Of a stretch of DNA of 64,000 nucleotides, positions 35,260 to 43,979 are shown one piece after another. Each line of letters starts with the position of its first letter. Positions within the stretch are counted from its first letter, which is position 1. The DNA lies in the NCBI GenBank assembly GCA_023267635.1, contig JAHFMX010000005.1, positions 1,989 through 65,988 of the forward strand, in the 5' to 3' direction. Both the position numbers and the translations under genes were made by a program. The notes under the pieces were generated by a model. That model did no database searches. It was not told where the DNA came from and was given only the letters and a program-made list of their open reading frames with translations. The DNA comes from a bacterium (GTDB lineage Bacteria > Patescibacteriota > Minisyncoccia > Phycocordibacterales > UBA5272).

Positions 35260-37605
35260 TTATACGGTCTCAGCTTCTGGGGTGTTTTTAGGTGTCACAG
35301 TTGTTGCGTTACTAGTATCAAATTTTTTCGAACGAACTCCCGCTCTAAAACTTGTACTATGAATATCGTCAACATTAACAGGAGATTCTTCACTCGCCTC
35401 GCCTTCTTTCGGTACAAGTCCAGCCTTGTCTAAGTCCACTGAAGGGCCTTTTGACGTGGTCGGATTTGGCCGAGCACTCCCCGCTTGGTTTTTAAGTATT
35501 GTTTGCATGTCCTCCGACTGTGATTCCAAGTACTCCTGCTTTTTGTCAGGGTCTGCGGTGTTGTTATATCTATCAATTATCTTTTGTTTACCATTTTCAA
35601 GACTTTCTTTTATAATCTCTGCATCACTTCGCCCTTCTTTGCCGCTGAGCCCGAAGACTTTTAGCGTACCACGCTGAGCCCTTGAACCAATTGTGTTAGT
35701 CATCTGGTTGAGATATCTATCACGAACACCTGCGTCTTTAATGTATGAAGCTTTTGCCTGAGTCGCGGTTTTTCTCTCCTGAAAATTTTTGTCATATGTT
35801 TTCGTTGACCCCGCCCCCATTCCCATTCCGGCGGATGCCATGCCGCGGTTAACCATTCCTATATTTTTTGCATCAAACGTGCTTTGAGCTAATGAATTTG
35901 TAAGGGAAAACAACCCACGCCCAGTTCTGGAATCTTGTTTATTTTTCATCCAATCACTATCGCGCATACGAGCTGCGGCCATTCCAACAGTGCCTCGTGC
36001 AAGTAGTCCAGCCCCACCTGTTGCTACACCAAGCCCAAACCCTCCTACTTTACCCATGAAATTTGTCGCCATTTCTCCTGCTGTTCCAGCGGCAGCTTTG
36101 GTTACTTTGAGCATTATCATTAGCATAATTGTCATCATAAGGAGATTGAAGAAGACTTTTACACTATCCCCACCGTTGGCAAGTGGTCCTGTTTGGAATA
36201 CGTCCATAAATCTAAGAGTAAGCGCAAGCATAAGCATAAACACGGGAGCAACAATGAGTTGTTCAAAAAACATTTTACGCATTTTTACGGCAACGTCCCC
36301 TAATTTTGGCACTACCGCATCAACTAAAAGGAGTGGAGAGGCAACAATAAGGAAAGCAAGTACGGCGGACCTCATAACAAGTAACCACGTACACATAAAG
36401 AGCACAAAGGCTGCACATAAAGCAAAAGCAACAGCAGCAAGAGCTCCAGGTGTGGTATTAATTTGTCCAACAAACCCAGACCCTGTTTTTACATTAAATC
36501 CGCTTTCTGCGGTTACTGTGGTGGCGCTTACAAAAAGATCAGTTAAACCAAGTTTACTTACAATAAGTGATCCCGCAGTGTTGCCGCCAGACGTTGTTAC
36601 AGCGCTTCCAAAACTGCTACCCAACGCTTCACTCCCCACAGCGCTTGAATAAATATTTAAAGAAACAATATTTGAAACATCAACAAGGGCTCTTGTGATT
36701 GGATATGAAAAGTTTACAAAGAGAGCAAAGATTACAAGCCACCCAATGTATTTACCAAAGGTGTCTTCACGTCCAATAATATACATGAATCCAAGGTAGA
36801 GTCCCGCAAACACTACAACAAGAGAAACTATTTGGCGAATAATTACCCATACAGAGTATATAGATGCTGTGGGTGACCATTTAGCAAAGTCCAGAATACT
36901 TATTTGAATCGCATAATTAAGCATGTTGGCACTAAGCCATGCAAGAAACCCAGCCATTTGAAGGAAAGTATTCTTAATAAGCCAAGAAAAACCTTCATCA
37001 ATACAGGCAGAAACTGTAAAGTTATTCCAACGGCAACCCCCACTAATTGTTTTACTTCCTGGGTTAGCAGATTCTTTGGATGCGACGGCGTTTGCTTGAG
37101 CCTCTGCGCTCAGTGCTTTTCCTGTGGTTATTGCACGGATGCGTTCTTGGCTAAGAGCCTCTGCCATTAACTCTTGTCTAAATTTACGAATAAAATCATC
37201 CGCTTGAGGTCTTTTGAGTATAGGGTTTGAGCTTTGTTGATCAACAAGCGATCGACTTGTTGCTACAAGAGCATCTCCATAGAGTTCTGTGGGGGTGCGG
37301 GTAGATTTTGCTGTCAGTGTTGTTTCAAAGACACCTTTAGCCACCCTAACCATTGCAATTTCTGCTGCATTTGTTTGCACATATTCTTTGTACTCAGTAC
37401 TATTTTTGTCTCCATGGGTTGAACCAAATAATTTCATTTCATTATTCAGTGCAAGAATCTTTTCATCAATAATAGGACTAGCGTGCTGAAGTATTTGTTC
37501 CACAGTAACAGTATTTTGTGCAAAAGCTTTTTCTGGATGGGTAAATCCACCAATTGTACCAATGAGTATTATCGCGATAAAAGCGTAGACACCAAGTCGT
37601 TTCAT
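35260..37605 (-). CDS. VirB6/TrbL-like polytopic membrane protein (large form)
   Basis: Signal peptide then at least 6-8 TM helices in central region, hydrophilic Gly/Met-rich C-terminal extension; 781 aa. Confidence 0.55.
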   Translation of the reverse strand: MKRLGVYAFIAIILIGTIGGFTHPEKAFAQNTVTVEQILQHASPIIDEKILALNNEMKLFGSTHGDKNSTEYKEYVQTNAAEIAMVRVAKGVFETTLTAKSTRTPTELYGDALVATSRSLVDQQSSNPILKRPQADDFIRKFRQELMAEALSQERIRAITTGKALSAEAQANAVASKESANPGSKTISGGCRWNNFTVSACIDEGFSWLIKNTFLQMAGFLAWLSANMLNYAIQISILDFAKWSPTASIYSVWVIIRQIVSLVVVFAGLYLGFMYIIGREDTFGKYIGWLVIFALFVNFSYPITRALVDVSNIVSLNIYSSAVGSEALGSSFGSAVTTSGGNTAGSLIVSKLGLTDLFVSATTVTAESGFNVKTGSGFVGQINTTPGALAAVAFALCAAFVLFMCTWLLVMRSAVLAFLIVASPLLLVDAVVPKLGDVAVKMRKMFFEQLIVAPVFMLMLALTLRFMDVFQTGPLANGGDSVKVFFNLLMMTIMLMIMLKVTKAAAGTAGEMATNFMGKVGGFGLGVATGGAGLLARGTVGMAAARMRDSDWMKNKQDSRTGRGLFSLTNSLAQSTFDAKNIGMVNRGMASAGMGMGAGSTKTYDKNFQERKTATQAKASYIKDAGVRDRYLNQMTNTIGSRAQRGTLKVFGLSGKEGRSDAEIIKESLENGKQKIIDRYNNTADPDKKQEYLESQSEDMQTILKNQAGSARPNPTTSKGPSVDLDKAGLVPKEGEASEESPVNVDDIHSTSFRAGVRSKKFDTSNATTVTPKNTPEAETV

Positions 37606-37712
37606 ACTGTGAAGTGTACCACGCGAAGGAGTGATGGAGGGCGTTGATATCCATATTTTCTAAACAAAAATAACCTCAAAAATGAGGTTATTTTTTGTAT
37701 TCTGGTATTTAT

Positions 37713-39416
37713 TTAGAATGATCCACCTCCACCCGATTGAGTGTTTTGCTGTGAGTAACTTTGTCCTATCGACACACATTCGTCAGCAAGGGTTGTAAGC
37801 TGTGGGATAGCTGAAGCAATTTCTGCGTCTAGGTTGTCTTTAAATGGTATAAATTCTGATTCCCGCATAGCTGCCATAGATAAGCTAGGAATGTCTTGTC
37901 GTTGGTAATTATTAAACAAGCTCAGTATTTCTTCACTTGATTGTGATGAGGCTATAGAAATAAGCGTGTCATTGATAAGAGTTCGGGCGGTTGTTATAGA
38001 ATTAAGAGTCTTAACTGAAGGCGCTTTTCTGAAAGCAAGGTCTATGATTTTATTCCCTGTAAAACTAAGTGCATTGATGATTCGTTGGTCATTTTTTATA
38101 GTTTGGTTGTTCGGGTTATCTTTAAGTATTTGCTCGTAACATGCCTGCACAGGTCGTACACGGTCTTCATATGCAGATAATGCTGATATGAATTTCCCCT
38201 CAACGCTTTCGAGTGAGCTTAAAGAAGCAAGATGTGCCTTAAGTGGTTCGCTCACGCTGGTTGTTGTTTCTCTTTGCCGTACAGGGTCAGTAAGATTTTT
38301 GGTTTGCACCGCGGATTCTTGCTTCGGTGCTGCCTTAGAAGGATTTGATAATGAACGAGCAGAAGAAACTAAAGAGAGAATTGAAGCAATACTTTTACCA
38401 GCCCCAGGACCAAAAGCTTCCATAAGTTTCTTGAGACTTCCGTTGACCGATTCTTGGAAGGCATTATTTAACACACTTCCAACATTGGTAATAGATTCTA
38501 CTCTACAAGGAATATTAGAGACACCTGATTCTTCGGCTACTGCTGGTTGATCACACTTCGTGGCACTCGCGATACCCCCTCCGTTTCTAAGGTCGTTTTC
38601 CGCATTTTTTTCTTTTACTTCTTTATTTTTTGCTATTGCTAGTTGTGTTTGAATACTTCTGTTGTACTCATTGTCCCCAAAACTTACCGCCAAAAGGCTG
38701 TCCATTCCTGCTACATCGGGACGCTGCTTACTGACCGCTGTAAGTCTTTGTCCAAGTTGAATATTCACACTAGGATTTCCTACACAGAGTGAGTTAAAAA
38801 GGTCCTGCTTTCTGTTTTGAAATGCTTCTAAGTCGTACGTTCCATCACTTTTCATGACATCATTCTTCGCAACATTAGAAAGCGAGGCGTCTTTACAAAG
38901 ATTATTCTGAACAATGTTTGGTATTGATGAATTACTGAGTGAACTTAGGGTAGACTTGAGATCAGATGCCCCTCTATACGTATTTATTACACTCCCTAAA
39001 ATACTTGAACTGTATGTTCCATTTTGTTGAGAAATATCTCCAATGTTAACCCTTACAGAATTTAATCCTTTATTTTGAACCCATTGTTCAGGATTTTGAA
39101 TAAGAAGAGAGTTGCCCCCCAACGAACCTGTTATCAAATTAATGGTATTGTTTTGTTGCTGGATTTGAGTAGCGACAATCATGGCATTTGCCAAAGGATC
39201 AAGAACGCTTGACTGAAGATAGGTGTAATAGGTGTTAACTTGGTTTGCTACGTTAGCTGCAGTGTTTATAACATCCTTTGCATACTGAGGTATTTGGGTG
39301 GCGTACTGAGCAGGGTCAAATACTATATCCCCCACCCCAAGAATTGCATAGGAGGGCTGAGTGCTAGAAAAAAAGATACTAAAGAAAAAAGCTGAGGCAA
39401 TAAAAAAGTGTTTCAT
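37713..39416 (-). CDS. Secreted protein with TrbJ/VirB5-like N-terminal region and long C-terminal extension
   Basis: Signal peptide; GVGDIVFDPAQYATQIPQYAKDVINTAANVANQVNTYYTYLQSS resembles TrbJ N-terminus (VFDPxNLxQNxL...Q-rich helix); located next to VirB6-like as in trbJ-trbL. Confidence 0.45.
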   Translation of the reverse strand: MKHFFIASAFFFSIFFSSTQPSYAILGVGDIVFDPAQYATQIPQYAKDVINTAANVANQVNTYYTYLQSSVLDPLANAMIVATQIQQQNNTINLITGSLGGNSLLIQNPEQWVQNKGLNSVRVNIGDISQQNGTYSSSILGSVINTYRGASDLKSTLSSLSNSSIPNIVQNNLCKDASLSNVAKNDVMKSDGTYDLEAFQNRKQDLFNSLCVGNPSVNIQLGQRLTAVSKQRPDVAGMDSLLAVSFGDNEYNRSIQTQLAIAKNKEVKEKNAENDLRNGGGIASATKCDQPAVAEESGVSNIPCRVESITNVGSVLNNAFQESVNGSLKKLMEAFGPGAGKSIASILSLVSSARSLSNPSKAAPKQESAVQTKNLTDPVRQRETTTSVSEPLKAHLASLSSLESVEGKFISALSAYEDRVRPVQACYEQILKDNPNNQTIKNDQRIINALSFTGNKIIDLAFRKAPSVKTLNSITTARTLINDTLISIASSQSSEEILSLFNNYQRQDIPSLSMAAMRESEFIPFKDNLDAEIASAIPQLTTLADECVSIGQSYSQQNTQSGGGGSF

Positions 39417-39419
39417 AGA

Positions 39420-40400
39420 TTAATGGGTGACTCCAGTATATCCCACAACATAGATATACCCAGATTCATGTGAGGAAAAGGTTATGTTCTTAAGATTAAA
39501 ATAATCAGCAAGCATAGGAAATATTCGAAGAGCCTCCAGTATTGTTTCGTGATATTTTTCAATTGCAGCAGTAGCACGCATCGCATCAGTATTCACTACA
39601 GAGAGATTTGAGAGCACGTTATTATATTCTGACACCCTGTTTAAAACAATGAGGTGGTATGGAATTGCAGATTTTGGAACCTTAACTTCAAGAAGTTTTT
39701 GGATGGACGCTTCCACTCTTTTCGAATTGGTAACCAAAGGAACAAGATTAGCTTCATCTGCTGTCTGTAGATACTTTGTGACACTCATAAGCTCGTCCGT
39801 AATTGTTTTCTCAGTAATGAGGTTTTTTAAAATGAGGGCTACATCATTTCCGTATTTTTTAATTGTTATTTTGCTGTCGGCAACAGAGGATATATCCAAA
39901 GAGGTGTATATTTTTGGTGCAATTTTTTTGCTTTCTTCAGCAAGTAGTTGGTTAACAACTTCTTGCTTGCTTGATTCATCTGCTATGCCCCCTTGTTGTA
40001 GGGCGGTAGAAGCAAGGAATGCGTTTTTTGTGAATGATGCAGTTACGTTGTTTGGATCGTTTAGAATAGCTAGTACTTTTGGGTCTGTTTCAAATTTTAT
40101 TCCAGACTCCTCTTTTGAGAGAGAGAGCGAACTTGCAATTATTTCCCCCCAACTTATCGCACCATCATTATCAGTGTCTGTTGCAAGGTTTTCTGGTTGA
40201 GAAATAGTCCCTAGATTTAAGGGCTCATAGCGTCTCACTTGTTTTTCTATACCAAACCAAGAAGCTGGAAGGAGTGATGTTCCAATCGTTAAGATAAAAA
40301 CAATGCCCAATAACAACAGAGGTGTGTTGCTTTTTTCTTGTGAAGTGAGATTTTTAGATGTGGGGATGTTCATATTCATGAGTATACATCTAAAAATCAT
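39420..40400 (-). CDS. Bitopic membrane protein with EF-hand-like DxDxDG loop; possible VirB8-like component
   Basis: Single N-terminal TM, DTDNDGAISWGE Ca-binding-like loop, about 280-aa periplasmic part; first gene of the operon. Confidence 0.35.
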   Translation of the reverse strand: MIFRCILMNMNIPTSKNLTSQEKSNTPLLLLGIVFILTIGTSLLPASWFGIEKQVRRYEPLNLGTISQPENLATDTDNDGAISWGEIIASSLSLSKEESGIKFETDPKVLAILNDPNNVTASFTKNAFLASTALQQGGIADESSKQEVVNQLLAEESKKIAPKIYTSLDISSVADSKITIKKYGNDVALILKNLITEKTITDELMSVTKYLQTADEANLVPLVTNSKRVEASIQKLLEVKVPKSAIPYHLIVLNRVSEYNNVLSNLSVVNTDAMRATAAIEKYHETILEALRIFPMLADYFNLKNITFSSHESGYIYVVGYTGVTH

Positions 40401-40463
40401 TCAAAAATGAATGTTTGTTAACATTTGAAACCAAACAAGAGAACCACCTGTTAATTCGAGAAA

Positions 40464-41222
40464 TTAAAGTATTGAAATAGTAAGCCAAGTTGCAAGTGGA
40501 ACATCTTCCGCTCGAGTCTTCTCGTTTACATTCTGTTTTAGAAAGACTTCTTGCCAATTTGTTGTAGGGATTTTTTCTTTCAAATTAGATAACAAGTACT
40601 TTCTTTTGTGAGCAAAGCCAGCTTTTACAATGTTAAAAAACATTTGTTCGTGGTATTGGTTTTTAAAGTTTTTACGAGAGATGTTTTTAATCTGGAGGAC
40701 CGCTGAATCAACTGTTGGAATAGGATTAAAACTTCCTCTAGATACTTTATATACAAGTTTTGGTTCTCCGTAGGCTTTCACTGAAAGAGAAAGGATGGAT
40801 TCTTTTCCTTCTTTTGCACACACACGCACAGCAACTTCCTTTTGCACAAGCACCACCATAGTAGTTGGCTGATTAACATGAGAAAGATATCGCTCAAGAA
40901 TTGCTCCTGTTATATAGTACGGAATATTTGCAATGAGCTTGTAACCAGGAGCTTCTGGGTTATGAGTAAGCGCGTCCCCTTCGATAAGGGTAAAGTTTTT
41001 ATTCGCGCAGAACTTTTCAGTAAGCAACGGAATAAGATCGCTGTCTTTTTCAAGAGCGGTAACGTGGGCTCCTGTTTCAATGAGGGATTGTGTGAGGAAT
41101 CCCTTCCCTGGACCAATTTCAAGAATTGAGTCTGATGGAACAACTTCTCCTGCCTCAACGATCGCAATACGAGCTGGGATTGAGGTGAGAAAGTTTTGAC
41201 CAAGCGCCTTTTTCGGTTTCAT
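40464..41222 (-). CDS. rsmA: 16S rRNA (adenine1518/1519-N6)-dimethyltransferase
   Basis: MKPKKALGQNFLTSIP...ILEIGPGKGFLT SAM motif. Confidence 0.85.
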   Translation of the reverse strand: MKPKKALGQNFLTSIPARIAIVEAGEVVPSDSILEIGPGKGFLTQSLIETGAHVTALEKDSDLIPLLTEKFCANKNFTLIEGDALTHNPEAPGYKLIANIPYYITGAILERYLSHVNQPTTMVVLVQKEVAVRVCAKEGKESILSLSVKAYGEPKLVYKVSRGSFNPIPTVDSAVLQIKNISRKNFKNQYHEQMFFNIVKAGFAHKRKYLLSNLKEKIPTTNWQEVFLKQNVNEKTRAEDVPLATWLTISIL

Positions 41223-41282
41223 GTATGAACTCTATCATGTTTGACTCCTTAATCCAAAAAGAGTAGTGTTGCAGTATGTTCA

Positions 41283-41690
41283 TTGTATAAGGAGGTGGTC
41301 ATGTCACAACGCAGGCGCCCTTACAGGGTTGGGATTTCATTAAAGAACACGCCGTCAAGCGGTCTCTCTGTTGTTGAGACATTGCTTGCTCTTAACAAGG
41401 TGGTTGATTGTTTTGTGCGGAAGCATAAAAAGCACCCCAAGCTAAAGCCAGAGGGTCCTTTTATCAAAATCACTCTTGGATCTGGAAAAGAGGTGGAAGG
41501 GGTGCTGGATTGCGCTACTGAGCATTCAGTTACCTTGTTTCCAAAAGTGGTTGATTGCATTGTTGGACACAACCAGAAAATGTATCGCATAAGTTCGGTT
41601 GCTTCAACAGTGATAAAGATGAGCTCTGTGGACATGCTGGATTTCCAGTTTCGTTGTCGTGAAGTTTATCCAAACGAGCTTTCTGCATGA
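41283..41690 (+). CDS. Hypothetical protein (moderately GC-rich islet)
   Basis: 135-aa ORF, GGAGG RBS before first ATG; no recognised motif; GC about 49%. Confidence 0.4.
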   Translation: MYKEVVMSQRRRPYRVGISLKNTPSSGLSVVETLLALNKVVDCFVRKHKKHPKLKPEGPFIKITLGSGKEVEGVLDCATEHSVTLFPKVVDCIVGHNQKMYRISSVASTVIKMSSVDMLDFQFRCREVYPNELSA

Positions 41691-41716
41691 AAATTGCGTC
41701 CTACGGACGCAATTTT

Positions 41717-43669
41717 TTATATGTACACAACTGAACCCCCGCCCTGTTTGTAGTACAGGTCATTATAATCCCCAGTGTCTTCAGGAACATCTTCCAAAAA
41801 TTCACTAGGTGCATTAATTTGCTTTTGACCAAAGATCGTTCGAAGTTCAGCATACGTAAGATAGAGGTTCTTTCGTGCCCGTGTCACGGCTACATAGAAC
41901 AATCTTCGCTCTTCTTCCTCCTCTTCTTTGCTACGTTTTCGGTTACCAATGTTTTTATGTGGAAAGAGATCTTGTTCAAGTCCTGTAACAAAGACGTGAT
42001 CAAATTCAAGTCCCTTTGAAGCGTGAACCGTCATAAGTCTCACACCTGATTTTTCTTTTGTGTCATTGTCTTGGTCGGATTGAAGAGAGGTTTCTTCAAG
42101 GAATTGTGTGAGAATCTCTTTTGCATGGACCCCATCATAGCGCACAGTAAGAGACACAAGTTCGCGGGCGTTTTCTAAGCGTTCGCGGTCTTCCCCAGAA
42201 CCTTCTAGCATTTCTTTTTCCATGCCTGAGTCAACAATAATCATTTGCATGACATGAGACAGCGGCTCTGTTTCAACGGCTTCCATAATTTGGTCCAAAA
42301 AGTCATATACTTTTTCTATTTTTACCATCGCTGAAGCAGGTATCGGAGCGCCAGCAAATATTTTCGCAACAGTCACCTTACCAATTCCACGCTTTGGAGT
42401 ATCAAACACACGCTTGAGATCTGGTTGGCAGGCACGGTTAACAGCTGCACGCAGGTAACTCATAACGTCTTTCACTTCTTTTCTTTCAAAAAACTTTGTA
42501 CCTAAAAGGTTATAGGTTACGTTCGCACGAATGAAGGCTTCCTCAAGTACACGTGACTGAAAGTTGGCACGGTAGAGTACCGCAATAGTTTCCCCACCCA
42601 CACCGTCAGAAATTAACGCCTTACATTTTTCTGCAATCATTTCAGACTCCCCTTGTTCATCCCACGCAGGCATAATAGTAATCTTGTCCCCCAGCCCCTT
42701 CGAAGTAAATAAATTTTTATCAGTGCGAACAGTGTTCTTTTTTATTGCTTTGTTGGCAAGCGCTAAAATATTTCCTGTCGAGCGATAGTTTTCTTCAAGA
42801 AGCACAGTATGTGTTCCTGGGAAATCCTTTTCAAAATTAAGAATATTACGCACATTAGCCCCTCTCCAGCTATAAATATTTTGATCGGTATCACCTACAG
42901 CGCAGACATTATTGTAGAGAGGATTGATGAGCAGCTTAACAAAAGCGTATTGAGCGGCGTTGGTGTCTTGGTATTCGTCCACATGCACATACATAAAACG
43001 TTGCTGATAATGATTACGGATATCTGCGTGGTCTTCCAACATGTGTACGGTGGAAACAATAAGATCATCGAAATCAACTGCTTTTTGTTTCTTGAGCTCT
43101 TCTTCGTATATTCTCCACACACTAGAAATGATATCCATCTGCGCGGTCGCCACTTTTTGTTTGTAATCTTGCTGACTTACGAAATCCCCTTTCTCGCGGC
43201 TAATAATACTTCGAATTTTTGAAGGGTCATTAATTTTCGGATCAATACCGAGCTGCTCAATTGCTTGCTTGATAATAGATAGTGAATCTGAAGAGTCTAA
43301 AATAGTAGGATGTCTTTGTAATCCGAGCCGTGAACCATATTCAGATAACATCATAAGTCCAAGCGAATGGAATGTTTTAATAACAGGCGTATGGTGAAAA
43401 GGATTTTCTTTTTCAATGATACGTTCCTCTTCGAGACGTGAGACAATACGTTCTCGCATTTCTTTTGCTGCTTTGTTGGTGAATGTTACCGCAAGAATGT
43501 TTCTTGGGTCAGTTCCCTTTTTCACAATTTCAACAATTCTCTCCGTTATTGTTTTTGTTTTTCCAGCACCTGCCCCAGCTAAAATAAGAAGCGGTCCTTC
43601 GGTATGAAGAACTGCTTCTTGTTGTTTTGTGTTAAGTAAGACGTTTGCCACAGGACCCCAGTGTAGCAT
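41717..43669 (-). CDS. uvrD: ATP-dependent DNA helicase UvrD/PcrA family
   Basis: LNTKQQEAVLHTEGPLLILAGAGAGKTKTITERI (motif I), DEYQDTN (motif II), helicase motifs III-VI present. Confidence 0.85.
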   Translation of the reverse strand: MLHWGPVANVLLNTKQQEAVLHTEGPLLILAGAGAGKTKTITERIVEIVKKGTDPRNILAVTFTNKAAKEMRERIVSRLEEERIIEKENPFHHTPVIKTFHSLGLMMLSEYGSRLGLQRHPTILDSSDSLSIIKQAIEQLGIDPKINDPSKIRSIISREKGDFVSQQDYKQKVATAQMDIISSVWRIYEEELKKQKAVDFDDLIVSTVHMLEDHADIRNHYQQRFMYVHVDEYQDTNAAQYAFVKLLINPLYNNVCAVGDTDQNIYSWRGANVRNILNFEKDFPGTHTVLLEENYRSTGNILALANKAIKKNTVRTDKNLFTSKGLGDKITIMPAWDEQGESEMIAEKCKALISDGVGGETIAVLYRANFQSRVLEEAFIRANVTYNLLGTKFFERKEVKDVMSYLRAAVNRACQPDLKRVFDTPKRGIGKVTVAKIFAGAPIPASAMVKIEKVYDFLDQIMEAVETEPLSHVMQMIIVDSGMEKEMLEGSGEDRERLENARELVSLTVRYDGVHAKEILTQFLEETSLQSDQDNDTKEKSGVRLMTVHASKGLEFDHVFVTGLEQDLFPHKNIGNRKRSKEEEEEERRLFYVAVTRARKNLYLTYAELRTIFGQKQINAPSEFLEDVPEDTGDYNDLYYKQGGGSVVYI

Positions 43670-43684
43670 GAGAGAAAGGCCTGT

Positions 43685-43975
43685 TTAGGCGCTCTTTTTG
43701 AATGATTCTTTCACCTTCTCTCGAGCTATTTGAAATAGTTCTTCATAGTTAGGCACGAGATGTTTGAGTGTGGTCGCGTAGAATTCTTCCCCCATATCAG
43801 TACTTGTCTTAAGTGCTGCAAATTTTTCATCCCCTAGCACGTCGTACACATCTAAAAGGAATTGCTTCTGAACTGTTTTTGTAATTTCAAACAGAGCTGC
43901 CTCCCTGTCTTCTTCAGATAGTTTCTCAAGTTCAAAGTCTTCTACGAGCTGGTTGTAAAGTTGTGTGAAATCCAT
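43685..43975 (-). CDS. Hypothetical small acidic protein
   Basis: 96-aa ORF, 4-nt spacing to upstream gene. Confidence 0.35.
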   Translation of the reverse strand: MDFTQLYNQLVEDFELEKLSEEDREAALFEITKTVQKQFLLDVYDVLGDEKFAALKTSTDMGEEFYATTLKHLVPNYEELFQIAREKVKESFKKSA

Positions 43976-43979
43976 GGTG

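Noticed and set aside
35990-36652. 220-aa Ala/Pro-rich + strand ORF antisense to VirB6-like gene
   Set aside because: Antisense artefact of a Gly/Ala-rich membrane protein CDS.
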